From assembly GCA_050273025.1 (NCBI GenBank), contig CP158635.1, positions 5,518,001 to 5,582,000 on the forward strand: 64,000 nt of DNA, given 5' to 3'. This DNA comes from Cenococcum geophilum. Its lineage: Eukaryota. The translations under genes were made by a program, and so were the position numbers. Shown here piece by piece: positions 51,801 through 64,000 of this stretch; position 1 is the stretch's first letter; each line of letters starts with the position of its first letter. The notes below the pieces were generated by a model that was given only the letters and a program-made list of their open reading frames with translations, did not search any database and was not told the DNA's origin.

Positions 51801-52704
51801 TGCCTAGCTAGAAAACACAAATTGTACCTCTTAATTAGTAGTAGTTATTCCGTTAGTCTATATTTCCATTAAGTAGGGTTTAAACTATTTAAGTACCCGT
51901 CCTATTAAGAATAGTCCTGCGTAGGCTATCTGATCTATTATTATGGCTAACTTAGCCCCTTCTTGTATAACTTTAAAATGTATTTATATAAGAAATCCTT
52001 TAAGCTTTAATCTCTTTCCTAAGAATCGTTTAATTAAAGGTAACTTAACCTTTACTACTCTAATTCCATTAAGTCTTTCTTTAAGTGTTTAGTTGTTCTC
52101 GTTTAACTTATTAATAATTTCCTATAACTGCCCGACCGTAACTGGTTGTAAGTTAGTATCTTATATACTTGTATCTCTACTTGTCCTTAAAGTGGTTGCT
52201 TTTATTAACGGCGTTATAGTGGCTGCTTTTGGTAGCATGTTGTTTAACTTCTATATTTATTACTGTAACTAGGTAGTAATTATATAACGGAACCTTGTAG
52301 CAAGTACTACGGTGGGTTCGTTATTGGGCTAGGTATATAGGTAAAGTAAATTAAGTTAATAACGTAATAATAACTAGTGGAGTGGTTGCCCAATAGATTA
52401 ACTCTAATTGTATTCTAAGAATTACTACGAGGAAGGAACTATCTAGGTAGGGACTGAGGGTCCTTAAATATACAACCGTACTCCTAAGAAAGTTATTACT
52501 CTATTTGCTCTATCTACTCTATTCGCTCTGTTATAGATCTTGCAGATCATACAGATTATATAGATCACATCACGTGACCTTGCTTACTATTCCTCGTTAT
52601 ATGGTTCCACGGGTTCTAACTTAGACCGTGCCTGTATTAACCAACTAGCTTCTTCCGACTCCTCTCCAAGTAGTTATAACATTGTACTTAAAGCGTCCGT
52701 AACA
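45832..52704 (-). mobile_element. Gypsy element G (E family, inverted, 6873 bp) with an internal deletion of IN C-terminus, chromodomain and antisense ORF
   Basis: 422-bp LTRs at 45832..46253 and 52283..52704; TSD TAAAT (45827-45831, 52705-52709). Collinear with E, but the sequence jumps from the E 38680 equivalent to the E 39820 equivalent at ~46320. Confidence 0.95.
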
Positions 52705-54279
52705 TAAATCGCGTCGCTATAAACCCTATAGTAAGCTATAGCCTCTTTAGGTCCCCACCTAAGCCTAATAGTATTATTTACTTAACTTTATTATAGATCT
52801 CCTAAAGTCCAAGACTCCTACTAGCGTAGAGTATAACTCCGTCCTTATTCTTATAGACTATTTTATAAAACTAGTGCGCTACTATCTAGTGTATAAGATA
52901 ATTAATGCTATACAACTCGTAGAACTCTTATTTAGAGTCTTTATATAAATAGGACCTCTAAATAATATCGTCTCTAATAGGGGTAGTATATTTATAAGCA
53001 AGTACTAGAGCACTATATACTACTATCTCCGCGTTTAATATAAACTTAGCACCGTATTTTACCCGTAAATAGATAGTTAGACAGAGTATTAGAACTAGGA
53101 GCTTAAGGTATACCTATATATATTTATAAACTGGGAATAGTCTAACTAGGCCTTCCTACTTAAAGAAGTAGCCTTTACCTATAACTCTAAGGTCTATACC
53201 ATAATAAAGCGTTCCCTTATTAAGCTTGCCTATAGCTAGCTACTAAACGTCCCGGATAGAGTCCTAGATAGTATTTAAGACGCCTAATAAGGTAAGGAGG
53301 GGTCTAAGTTAATAAATATTAAACTTATAAAGACGTATTTATAACGCCTACGCCTTATATATAAGGTAGCGGCGGCGTTAATAATACGCCTAACAGCTTT
53401 AGGCAAAATACTATAATCGTTACTATTTGGCTAAGCATTTCGCCGTTAGTAAACGAGTCCTACTCTTCTCTAAGAATATTTACACAAAACGTCCCTATAA
53501 AAAGCTTAACTATAAGTTTATAGGACCGTTTTAGATCCTAGAGTATATAGGGCAGTAAGTATATAAGCTAGAGCTTCTACCTACTATAGCATGGCTCTAC
53601 CTAGTCTTTTATATCTCCTTACTAGAGCCTTATAGGTTATGCCTTAGGTTTTAACCCCTAGCAATAAAAGAGCTTAAGGAAGGCAGCTAGGAAGTAAAAG
53701 CAATTGTTGCCTACTAGGATTGTGCTAGATAACCATAGTACCTTATTAAATAGCTAGGATGGCTAAATAAGTATAATAAATGGAAATACGAGATAGAACT
53801 TAAGAATTATTAATAATTATTAGATAAGTACTATAAGCGGGACACCCTAGCCTTATAGCCGAAGCGCAGGCGAAAAGTAAGCGCCGCTATTAAAATATAA
53901 CTTATATTAAAGTAAAATAGAGGATATTCTAAGGAATTAAAGAATAAGTAATAATTGCTATAAGAACTGCGGCGTATATATAGGGTAAAGTTTTAATTTA
54001 TTAATATTCTATATAAGCTACACTCTAATATAACCTAGTAATGCTAGTGACTTATAAGTGAGGCTACGGCGTATACTAGCAATAAAGCTTAATTTAGAAA
54101 GCACCCTTTTTAGACCTAGTTTATTACTCTATACTAGCTAAGCAGATTACTTATATATTAGAGAATAGGCCCGTTTATAACCGGGGTCTATTTAACTAGG
54201 GTTTACCACCTATTAGTAACCCGCTAGTAGTAACCTATATTAATAACTTACACTATTCTATATATATACTATATAGATA

Positions 54280-54510
54280 ACGCGTAAGGCTAAAGCATAG
54301 ATTAGCGGCGGATTTAATAGGTATATAGCCTTACTGTCCTAAACCTGGCTATATATAAGTAACCTATAACCTACCTATAAAGTATATACGGCGCTACGCC
54401 GGTATAGCGTAAGGCTAAAGTAGGGTTAGTAGTGTGTTTAATAGATATATAGCTTTACCGTCTATAAATCTGGCTATATATAAATAACCTATAACTAACC
54501 TATAAGGTAC
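54280..54510 (+). repeat. Two-copy ~125-bp direct repeat in the long 3' region of Gypsy F
   Basis: gcgtaaggctaaag...tttaatag..tatatagc...ctggctatatataa.taacctataac..acctataa.gta occurs at ~54282 and ~54407. Confidence 0.75.
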
Positions 54511-56700
54511 TAGTGACCTACCTATATAAGTAAGCTTTTAGAATATTTCTGGTCTACTAAATTTAGGTAATAGTATTAAGCTCTACTAGCTCTACCTATT
54601 AAATAAACTAATTAGGATTTTCTATACCAGGTATATAAAATCGCTACTAGCTCGGTTAAATATAGGGGAGTTTTAGCAAGGCAAATCTAACTAATTAAAT
54701 AACTTTAACCGCTAGTTAAAGTTCCTTAATATCTTCGCGCCGCGTAGGTATACTACCTATCTCTCTATACACAAAATTAAAACGCTCTTTTCCCTCCAAA
54801 TTTTTTCCTTACTAAGGTTTTTTATAGGGTTTTATTAAGGCTTAAGTATATAAAGGATTGGGGACAACCCTTTTTAAAGGGGGGGGCATTATTAGGTAAA
54901 ACCTAAGTAGATAGTTATATAGCTGTAAGGTATAGGCGACCCTAGGGTAACCTAGGGGTGACTCGCCTATAAGGTATGTGCGCTATATATATCTAGGGAA
55001 AACCCTTCCTACCTCGCATATAGACTCCTCCTTTTCCCTTAAGGATTCGTCTCTGTCTATACAATATACCTATTATTCTATTATTAGACTCCCTATCTAT
55101 ATCCTTACCTTACAGTTACTCTATAGTTTAAGTATCCGCAGTTATATTATACTATTATTAACCCTTTAATAACTTATTTAGTGACTTATAGGTGTTTTCT
55201 ATTTATATTTAGGGCGTCTTATCTAAAGCCGCTATAGTTAGGATTCTCTACTAAGATAGGTCCCTAGCCGCATTAGTACTACATTATAGATATCCTATAC
55301 CCTATTTTACTATTAGTTAGATAGATACTTCTCCTACTAGGGTAGGTACCCTAGCTCTCTTCTATTATACAACTATCTACCTACTATTATTTATCCTGCT
55401 TATCTCCTTCTCTATATATATATTTCCCTATAATATAGCTAAAATCTAATATAGATAGGCTTATTTTTCCCTAGTAGCTTCTAAGTATACCTAGTAGGTT
55501 TTATATACTATCTTCTACTATACTTTATATTCTTTACTGCAATTTACGTATCTAACTCTCTTATCCTTAGTATTATAGGTATTAGTATACTCTCCGCACC
55601 TCGCATCCTCCTATATACACTTTAGGTATATCCCTACTATAAATATCTAAAGCATTATTAGACTTAGACTCTATAGTAGTATAATCGGGCTTTATATTAA
55701 AGACTATCTATAACTACTCCCTTATAGGCTAATATTGCTTATATCTCTTAGGTTAGTAGGCTAATTATTAAGGTGCCGCGCGTTTTAACCCTTTAGAACT
55801 CTAGTAATTCCCCTATATATATTATATATTCTTTATTAAGCTATATAACCTTTATAATCCTCTAAATAAGCTATATATTTATAGTGCTTTACTTACTTTT
55901 TCTACTTATATATTAAGGGGTACTCCTATAACTTTAACTAGGTAATTTTAGTAAAGGATCTTATACTTAGGGGTGTCTCTTTAATCCTTTACCTACTAGT
56001 TAGGGAGTATAACCTCTATATCTCCGCTATATAGAACTCTTACTACTATTACCCTTAGTATATATGCTTTAATTAATATAAGAATCTATTTTAGTTCCGC
56101 GCCTACTACCTTTAGTATTCTAACCCTAACTATAGCTCTAACTAGTACTACGCTAGGTATACGCTAGAGGGTTACTAGTTAGGCGCTTATAATAATATTA
56201 GCCTATAATAGCTTTACTGCCTATACTGCTAGTATTCCCTATAATTCTATAGCGTCCTTAATACGTCTAAGGCTATTCTATACTGCATTTTAGTTTCTAT
56301 TATACTTTATCTAAAGCTCCTAAGCAATTTAGCCTACTTATTAAGCTACCCGCACTACCCCTATACGTAAATATTTATTACCTCCCTTTTTTAAGATCTT
56401 TCTTAATATCTTTTAGAAGGTTTATTAGTTTCTACTATCTCTAGTCGTTGCCCTTTAGTTGTTGTAATTATATCGCCCCCTATTAGGTTTGTTGTAGTAT
56501 TGTAGTTTTCTATACAGCGTCTATCCTTTAAGTCTGCTACGATCCTCCTATATCGCGTAGGCCTTTTAGCTATACTATATATTAGTTCTAGGGAATAATA
56601 TGCTGTGGGTTTAATTGGAGATGGTTATTTTTTAATTAGAGGATTAATGGGCGTGTTTTAGTGCTATAGCAGCTTTTTATCTAATAATACATTTCTGTTT

Positions 56701-58258
56701 ATCTACTCTATATAGTATATTGTAATACTAGAGCTAGTATATAGGAATATTAAGCTACTAGTCTATAAGATAGATATATATAGAGGGCAAGAAGAAGATA
56801 AACAGTAGGTTTTAAAGATTATTAATTATAAGGGTATAGATAATAAAATATAGTATAAAGTAAAGCAAATAGGCTATAATAAGACTACCTAAGAGCTACT
56901 AGAGAACCTAAAATATGCTATAAGAAAGGTATAGGAGTATTAGAAGAAAATGGGTTAAGTAATATTAATAAAAAAGGATTATTAAAGAACGAGTTACTTA
57001 ACGGGGACCTAAAAGAATTAGCTACTAAGGTATTTAGAGTTATTTCCCTCTCTATTAGAATAGAATCCCTTTTTTATCCTCTTCCAGTTTATAAAGGCCT
57101 TATTTAGTAAGACGCCACTCCTTTAAATAACCCGTCTTATAACCCTTTTTAAGACAGAGTAGCTAAGTATGACTAGCTAATTAAGCGTTAAATACTTGCC
57201 GCTCTTTAGCATAAATACGCTCCCTATTATCTTAAAGTTTTTATACCTTAGTAAGAGCTAAGGTAAGTTTGCCCTTAAGATAAAAGGCCTTAGATTAAAT
57301 ATAAGACTCTATAATAGATTAGATAAGGTACTAAACGCCTATAAAATATATTAGAAACAGATTAAACATTATAAAACGATTGTTTATTTAATTTTATATA
57401 CTTAGTATATAAAGAAGGTTGGTAACTAAACGGAGCCGCGATTATAATATATTTTAGCACTTTCTCTATATAATGAGAATAGGACGGTATAAATTTACTA
57501 AGTAATAGTATAGTAGTTACCAGCCAATTATAATAATTAGATAATAAGGATCTAATAAAAGGTATTATAAATTAAGAAGGTTATTAAATTAAAGAGGGAA
57601 ATACTATACCTCTAATTAATAATTTAGAGATAGGAGATGTCTTTAAGGATAGAGATAAAAAGGAGGGAGATGGTATTACAGACCTTATATTAGTAGTAGT
57701 AGAATTATTAAGAAGAGATATAAATAGGTTAGTTAAGATAATATAGGAGGCATTAGAACTAATTAAGCTATAGGATAAAGAGTAGCTAAGTTATATAATA
57801 AGTTATAAGATTATAACTTAGTATGTAGGTATATAAGTATATAAGTATATATAACGTACTAACGTATTAATATACTACTAGTAAGTACATTTCCTAGGAG
57901 TTAGATTATATATTTAAAGGACTATCCCTTAACCCGTCAAGGCCCTTAGCATAAGTGGTCCGTGCGGAACATTGTTCTTAATAAAGTCAAAGGCTTCGTA
58001 TTTCTAAGAACGGCTGCTTAATTTAACTGGTTTGATTAGTAGGCTCTTATCGATACCGTAAGGACCAATTTTAACGGGTTAAGGGATAGTCTCTACCTAG
58101 ATAGTTCTATTTTTTATAGTAAATCTTAAAATATAATTAGAGTTAATCTATTAGGCAACCACTCTGCTAGTTATATTGACGTTATTAACTTCTTATTTAC
58201 CTATATACTTAGCCTATTATTAAGTCTATTGTAGTATTTCCTGTAAGACTTTATTACG
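56701..58258 (+). mobile_element. 3' fragment of a divergent E-family Gypsy (element H): IN end, chromodomain, antisense ORF, PPT, 3' LTR ~57674..58258
   Basis: 56701 onward aligns with E from 38911; PPT aggagggagatgg; the LTR 3' half matches the E LTR (ctacctagatagttc...gagttaatctattaggcaaccactc). Confidence 0.85.
57925..58086. mobile_element. MITE-like insertion inside the LTR of element H
   Basis: Inverted ends gactatcccttaacccgtcaa / ttaacgggttaagggatagtc; segment absent from the E-family LTRs; non-coding. Confidence 0.75.
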
Positions 58259-58820
58259 TTATAAATTTTCTATTTAAGTTTAATAGGCTTTTATTTCTAC
58301 CTTTTATACCTTTAATAACGTCTAAGAAAGTATAATAGCCTATAACTACTAAGTAGGTAAAGTGGAGTTAGGAATTTAAGCTAGCTATAAGTAAGAACAC
58401 TTTTAGTAGTACTAACTACTATCGATATTTAGGCTGACGTTTTAAGCTTATATAGATAATTAAGATAAGTATAGACTATAACTTCTTCTTATTAAGCTTT
58501 CGGCTAGATATAGGTCTTTCTATATAAGATTTACGTCTTTCTACCTTATTTAAAGCATTTAATAAAGAACGTTAAATTAACGTGACGCGCTTTAAGGAAG
58601 TTTGGTTTTTCCCGCTAGCAAAGCGCGACGATGGCCTTCTAAATCCCATTTTCGATTCGTATATAATTAGAAAGCATAGTTTAATCGATAGAGGACATGA
58701 TTTTGATAATGAAGTTAACGATTTAATAGTTTATCGTTGTGGCTTTTATTGTTAAGATGGCGAGTAAATTTACTAACAATTAAGTGGACCCAATCGAGAT
58801 TGATTGATTAATTGCTTGTA
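58259..58820 (-). mobile_element. pogo/Fot1-type transposase 5' remnant (HTH region)
   Basis: From ~58677: MLSNYIRIENGI*KAIVALC*REKPNFLKA..R*FNVLY*ML*IR*K.RKS..ERPISSRKLN (with frameshifts), resembling the Fot1/pogo N-terminal HTH. Truncated at element H. Confidence 0.6.
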
Positions 58821-58938
58821 AGCAAATAAGATACTATTAATTAAATAATTTATAGAGTTAAAATGCATATATATAAGGTAGGCCTATATATGAGCTACAT
58901 AAAGGACAAGGATTGCGTTACCTGTATTTATTGACATT

Positions 58939-61893
58939 CGGCCTTAGCAATAATTAAATAATTCTAATTACCGACCTAATTCTAATTAATAATATTAATT
59001 ATATAATTATACCTTAATTACCTAATATAAAAGTTAGTGAGACTTTTAATATAGAAGAGTGTCTTAGAAGTTTTACTAAAATACTTAATACTGTGTATCT
59101 ACCTAATTCCCGTATTAGGAAGTCGGCAATAGCTTTTTAGAGTTTATTTATACTCTAAATCCTTATCTCCTGCCTTATTATTACCTAAATCATTATCCTA
59201 CGCCTAATTAAGCCCTTTTTTAAATAGCCTTTATATTAAGTGCGATACTTACTATTATTAAGCCTTCTAATTTAACTGCCTTACAAATCTAGCTCTTTAA
59301 GCACTCTATTTATTCTACTACTATTACTTTAAGGCTTAAACGCTTCTATAAGATTATATAACGTACGCCTAAAAGGATTAAACTAGATTTAGCTAATATA
59401 GTTAGTATAGAGAAAATATTAATAGCTATGCGAAAGAGACGTAAATAGCGGCTTTATCAAGATGGTTTAAGCCACTAGCTAAGAGAAGTATTAGCGATTA
59501 GTTATAGAGACGTTTCCTATAAAATTAAAACTAAATATTAGTAATGTTAAGAATATTAAAATAGTGCTTATATTAATAAAGCGCTTAAATTTATTATTAA
59601 AAGACTGTTATTTAAGTTCCTAAATATACTTATAGCATAAATATAAGTTTTTAATAAGATCTAGGTCTTTCTACTATATCGTCTTACTATTAATAGGCTT
59701 AAATTTATACTCCTTCTACTATAGCTTTTATACGGCATTAATCGCTCGTTTAATCGTCCCTTTTAAGCACTGCTCTAAATACTACTAGTTATTATTAAAG
59801 TACTTTCTTTAATAAGTAGGGTTAAGGAGTAGCGCCGCTACGTACGTAAGAGTCTTATTAGTTAGCTAGTAGTGCTTATTAAAGGTAAACCCTATTGTTA
59901 ATAGAGACGCTAAGAGGGTCTAATTAGCGGCGTATTCTTCCTACTTATTTTTAACGTAATTAATAAGGAAATCTATACTTTAAAGAACCTTATTAAGAGT
60001 CGTTTTATTACCTTTTAAAGCCTCTATTATATCTTTAAAGACTATAGTATATTAATTATTTTATAGATAGTCTCCCATTTATTAGAATTAAGGTTATTCT
60101 TTAATATAAGTTTATAATTCTTATTAATAAAGACTTAAATTTAGTTTTTAAGGTTAATTGCCGACTCTAGTATAACAAGCCACGAATTCTATCTAGTATC
60201 GTTATTATATTTAAGTATCTTCTTTACGAGCTTAAAAAAGGCCTAATAGCACTTAGTTAAATATCTTAACTAGACGGTAATATTATATATCTTTCTAAGC
60301 GCTCTAATCTCTTGCTATTTAGCCTGCGTAGCCTTATTCTAATTATACTTATATTCTAAATAAATATTAAGGCGTTGCTTTTTATACTAGAGTTTCTCTA
60401 CTACCTAAATTGCAACCTTAACGGCTTCTTTATCTTTATATAATAGAAAGGCTTATATAGCGAGGTTAATAATATAGCTAATATATTAAATTCTGTACTA
60501 AACGGCGTCCTATTTTAAAGCGGTTTTAAATAAACTAATAGAGTTTATTATTACTACCGTAATTATTACCTTTACATAGTAGAGTTAGTAGAGAATTAAG
60601 TAAAGGTAAAGGCGCTTAATTAAAGCTTACTGGTAATATAACTAATATAACTCTTCTTAATCTTATACTTACTAATTATCTTAAGCAGTACCTCTACTTA
60701 CTGCTTACTACCGTATTCCTTTTTATATTCCCTTAAAGCTAGTATAGCCTTTAATATTTAGCCGAATTTATTTATAAAATAAATAGTAATAGCTTAGTAG
60801 GCTTTTTTATTTAAAGACGTCTAGTAGTTAATAGTAAAGTGTAGCTTTAATAGGGCCTTTTTAAGCTTTTCTTTAAGTATCTCTTTATATATAACGAATG
60901 TCTTACTAATAAAAAGAGGCACTAATCTACGTAATTTATAAAGAAGGCCTCCTTTATTAGTAAGCGTATAGTTATAAACGTATAAAAAGGCCCTAAACTC
61001 TAGATATTTAAAAATTATATAAGGAAGAGTTTAGGTAATAATAAGGAGTAAAGGGCGTTAAAAAAAGGCGTGTTTATTAATAAGTTCTTTAAGGATCTTT
61101 ATAGCCTTTAGGTCTAGTTCTTTAACCTATTACTTTACCTATTTCTTAAATAGAGCTCTAAGTATAGCTTTTGCCTTAATATTAACTTCTAAGTGCTTTA
61201 ATTTAATATAAATTCCGTGCTGGCCTTTTAAATAACGTTAAAAATAAGTAGTATTGCTAAAGGCTTTTAGGATACATCTTTTATAATAGAAGAGTTCTTA
61301 GTTTAAATTCCTTTATTTTAGTAAGCCCTTAGGAGGCTTCTTAAGGGTATAGAACTAGAGCTCCTTATCCTTGCGTAACTCCTTACACTTTTCTTCTAAT
61401 ATACTAACTTAGTAGTAAGAGTTATTGCGCGTAAGCGTCACGTTATTAAACTCGCGTGAATTATACTTACTAAGGTTAGAACCCGCGTTTTCTTCTTTTT
61501 AATATTAGCGCTTTTAGATATAGGTGCGATTAAGGGGTAAAAAAGGTATCGTTGGTAGGTTTTAGGGGGGTAGTAGTAGTAATGGAGGTTGGCGTTAATA
61601 ATAAGGAACAATAGAATATAGTGCTATACTTAAGTACCTTAACGGGAGCGCGTACGGCTTTTATTTATATATATTCTAGTGCCTTTTTTATATTTTAAAA
61701 GTGCCGCGGTATATCTACTAATAATCGCCAAATTAACTAAACTACTGCTTACTACTTCCTCCCCTTCTTGCCCTAGGTAATTATATAATTATAATTATAT
61801 AATATAATTAGAACCTTAATTCCGATTATATTAGTTATAATTATATGATAATTATAATCAATGTAGCTAATCAACTGATTATTGCCACCGCTG
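58939..61893 (-). mobile_element. hAT DNA transposon (hAT-D, 2955 bp), related to hAT-A, uninterrupted but RIP'd
   Basis: TIRs CGGCCTTAGCAATAAT / ATTATTGCCACCGCTG; 8-bp TSD TTGACATT (58931-58938) / TCGACATT (61894-61901); transposase collinear with hAT-A (e.g. 59390-59480 vs 13300-13400). Confidence 0.9.
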
Positions 61894-62101
61894 TCGACAT
61901 TAGTTTCACTGAGGGTTTATAGGCATAATAGAACTTGATCCGGTTGCGAACATATGGCTCCGTTTTGAAATACACACCTTTGGCTGCTTTCATAAACAAC
62001 AAAAAAAAAGCCATCAATTTATCGAAAATTTTGCATAACGACAATAAGAGGTACAAAATTTCACAAAGAAATATGAAGATCGTGTTTTTACCAACAAAAT
62101 A

Positions 62102-64000
62102 CTAGGCGTATAGTATCCCAATTTGATTTCTTTCATCTGCATTACTCACCCAGGTAGTATGACAGAGACTCCCATCTGACTGCTCAATCCAGTCTTCGCT
62201 TCCGACACAGCGACGACACCAGAGCACACCATTAGGATCATACTGCTTCTTTACTTTTCTTAGCCGCGGATAATTGGCGCCGAAGAACGAGTACTGCCAG
62301 TCTGGCTCGTACGAGTCGCACTAGAACTGTTAGCCTTGGAATAGGATTGACTCCTTCCATTGATGACACTGAAAGTTGTATGAAGGGAATCCTCATCACA
62401 GCGAAGGCCAAAGCCTTAGGAGCGGACGTACTTCATTAAAATAGGCTCCTCCATCCGGCGCTAGCTGCTTGAGCGCATAGGTTTTATTGAATGTGATATC
62501 ATTGTAAACATTCTCAATTAGTGTTTGTGGCATTCCGTCAACCCATCTCTCCCAAATTACAAAATGAACAACCGCGTCACGCCATGCAGGATTCATGCCA
62601 ATGTCAAGGCCGCGATTGCCGCTGTTGGCTACCAGGTGACCAAGGAGGAGGGTGTTAAAGAAAACTCCCTGTCAAATTATTATTAGAATGCGGAATGAGA
62701 TATTATAAGGTAAAAGGAGACGAACGGCTCCACTAAAGAAGCCACGAGTGCCACTTGAGACCAACAGAAGAATAATGGGGGAATCATGACATACACTTGG
62801 TTTCAAAATATTTGGCGACGGCCCAATCTTTTCAAATGTTTTCGCAACAAGAGCCATATCAACCAGAGCGCGCTCTGGTAGTAATCGTGACCCGTAAGCC
62901 GACCCGCCAGTAGCTACCGGTTCGTTACTAGCCGTGGTAAGATATGCGTCATAGAAGTTAGATGCAGTATCGACTGAGGCTTTGTAGATAAAATAACTCG
63001 AGGCATTGCTCAGCCTTGCTGCAATTGGGGCAAATAGAGCCTCTGCAGTTCCATTTGGTTTATCATAAAGATAAAATGACCACAGCAATGACAGTGTTGG
63101 AGCTAGTGGAGGCCCTACCATGTAATAGTAACCTTGCATGCCACCGTTTTTAAGGCGGGGCAACTCGGAGTGGATGTATGCCATCAGTTCCCAGTATTCA
63201 GATGATATGTTAGAGTTCTTTGATCCTACCTGGAGGTTGTGAATGGCGGATTTTGGAGAGGGATATGCTCTCATCACTGCTTCGATGACCACACCATAAG
63301 TTCCCCCGCCGCCACCGCGGATCGCAAAAAATAGCTCGATATGCGAGCAAGCATTTGCAGTGACGACATCCCCATTAGGTGTTATGATGGTTGCTTCGAG
63401 AAGGTTGTCTGCTCCCATGCCATAGGTACTGGATAGATAACCGTGGCCGCCTCCAGTAAACCAACCCATGATGCCCACATCCTTAAAAATGTAAGTTAAG
63501 TTTGCAACTGGAACAAATTGATTATGCAGGCCTACTGGATTTCCACCTACGACAACAACTGCATTGTGCTTTGCCATCTCAGTAAGTACAGTAAAACCTG
63601 TTTCGCCGGCAGAGATGATAGCAGCCATATGTGTGCCACTGATTAGGCAAGATTTTGACTGGAATTTCTTATTAAATGTGACTCCTCGGAAGTTATGCAT
63701 CCATATCCTATAGAGGGTATCAGTGTATGGCCTTTCGAACAAACTATATGCTCGGTTATTGAGTATCTAGGGGAGTGCTTACGATAAACTGCCATAGCCC
63801 GTACTCCTACTGACGCTTAGTCCAACTATTCTGGTATTTTAGAAAGTTTAGAGTTTACCTTCCAGGATAAGAATGGCCAGTGTTCTTAACTACCACTCTG
63901 ACACTCTTCTGATCCGCCCATTTCAGCGCCGTGCTGACATGGTCTGCTTCAGTCGCATTCACCACGTACACAGGATACTCTCCAATAGTGCATCCTCTAC
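62102..64000 (-). CDS. FAD-linked oxidoreductase, berberine bridge enzyme-like (FAD_binding_4 + BBE), multi-exon, 5' end outside the window
   Basis: RVVVKNTGHSYPG (covalent-FAD His motif), STGYGSL, GWFTGGGHG..SSTYGMGADN, LFFAIRGGGGGTYGVV, MNPAWR, GAYFNE, last exon FFGANYPRL..VKKQYDP..C..CVGSEDW; several GT-AG introns; first in-frame stop TAG at 62102-62104. Confidence 0.93.

Larger units (their letters stand above)
41141..55114 (+). mobile_element. Ty3/Gypsy chromovirus (element F), hosting a solo LTR and Gypsy G
   Basis: 225-bp LTRs at 41141..41365 and 54890..55114; TSD GTTAC (41136-41140, 55115-55119); PPT aaagggggggg. RT (RLYVNYRRLN ~43935, VYLDNILIY ~44235), RNase H, IN, chromodomain (~53690-53830). 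Confidence 0.95.
40894..56700 (-). mobile_element. 5' part of a second LINE (ORF1 ~55200..56630 plus the start of the ORF2 endonuclease), split by Gypsy F; rest of ORF2 missing
   Basis: ORF1 has RIP'd CCHC knuckles (**CFRYL**GYT*SVY; RCGEY; YVNCSKEYK). ORF2 reads IV*YNCGYLNYRVT|RPLFNSLDLEKY*IIAL*ELAY (APE 'LQEP' region) once Gypsy F and one TSD copy are removed. Confidence 0.8.

Noticed and set aside
32017..58890. TACACAGGCCT at 32017 and AGGCCTATATA at 58880 as TIRs of one 27-kb element
   Set aside because: Only ~11 bp match after RIP correction, and the internal remnants near each end look like different transposases; insufficient support.
61871..62056. 61-aa ORF downstream of the oxidoreductase
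   Set aside because: Runs into the hAT-D TIR, lacks an ATG start and looks like 3' UTR or intergenic DNA.
1..64000. Starship-like giant element carrying the two host genes
   Set aside because: No DUF3435 tyrosine recombinase captain or typical boundaries visible in the window.

Overview
Genomic DNA from a filamentous ascomycete (species not determinable). Most of the window is AT-rich transposon DNA degraded by RIP (repeat-induced point mutation: C->T / G->A at CpA/TpG, leaving many TAA/TAG stops). There are only two intact host genes, both on the - strand: an intron-containing alpha/beta-hydrolase (30562..31775) and the 3' part of a multi-exon berberine-bridge-enzyme-like FAD oxidoreductase (62102..>64000). 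Most of the TE DNA resolves into nested insertions with matching target-site duplications (TSDs). (1) A Gypsy chromovirus (<1..10411) is interrupted by a 5'-truncated Tad1-like LINE and a solo LTR. (2) A hAT element (12841..30175) contains two further hATs, which contain a solo LTR, a gag-only GalEa-type Copia and a full-length GalEa-type Copia. (3) A block at 32019..58890 holds Gypsy elements, a second LINE, solo LTRs, a MITE and Tc1/pogo remnants. (4) A fourth hAT lies at 58939..61893. The most notable signal is an antisense, apparently intron-containing ORF in the 3' region of one Gypsy family. When RIP is reversed it encodes a C-x2-C-x6-C-x13-C-x2-C-x8-C (Zn2Cys6-like) motif plus a coiled-coil-like tail. 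The spacing is identical in two divergent copies and the ORF is deleted from a third copy. Element boundaries with TSDs were read directly; internal domain coordinates are approximate.
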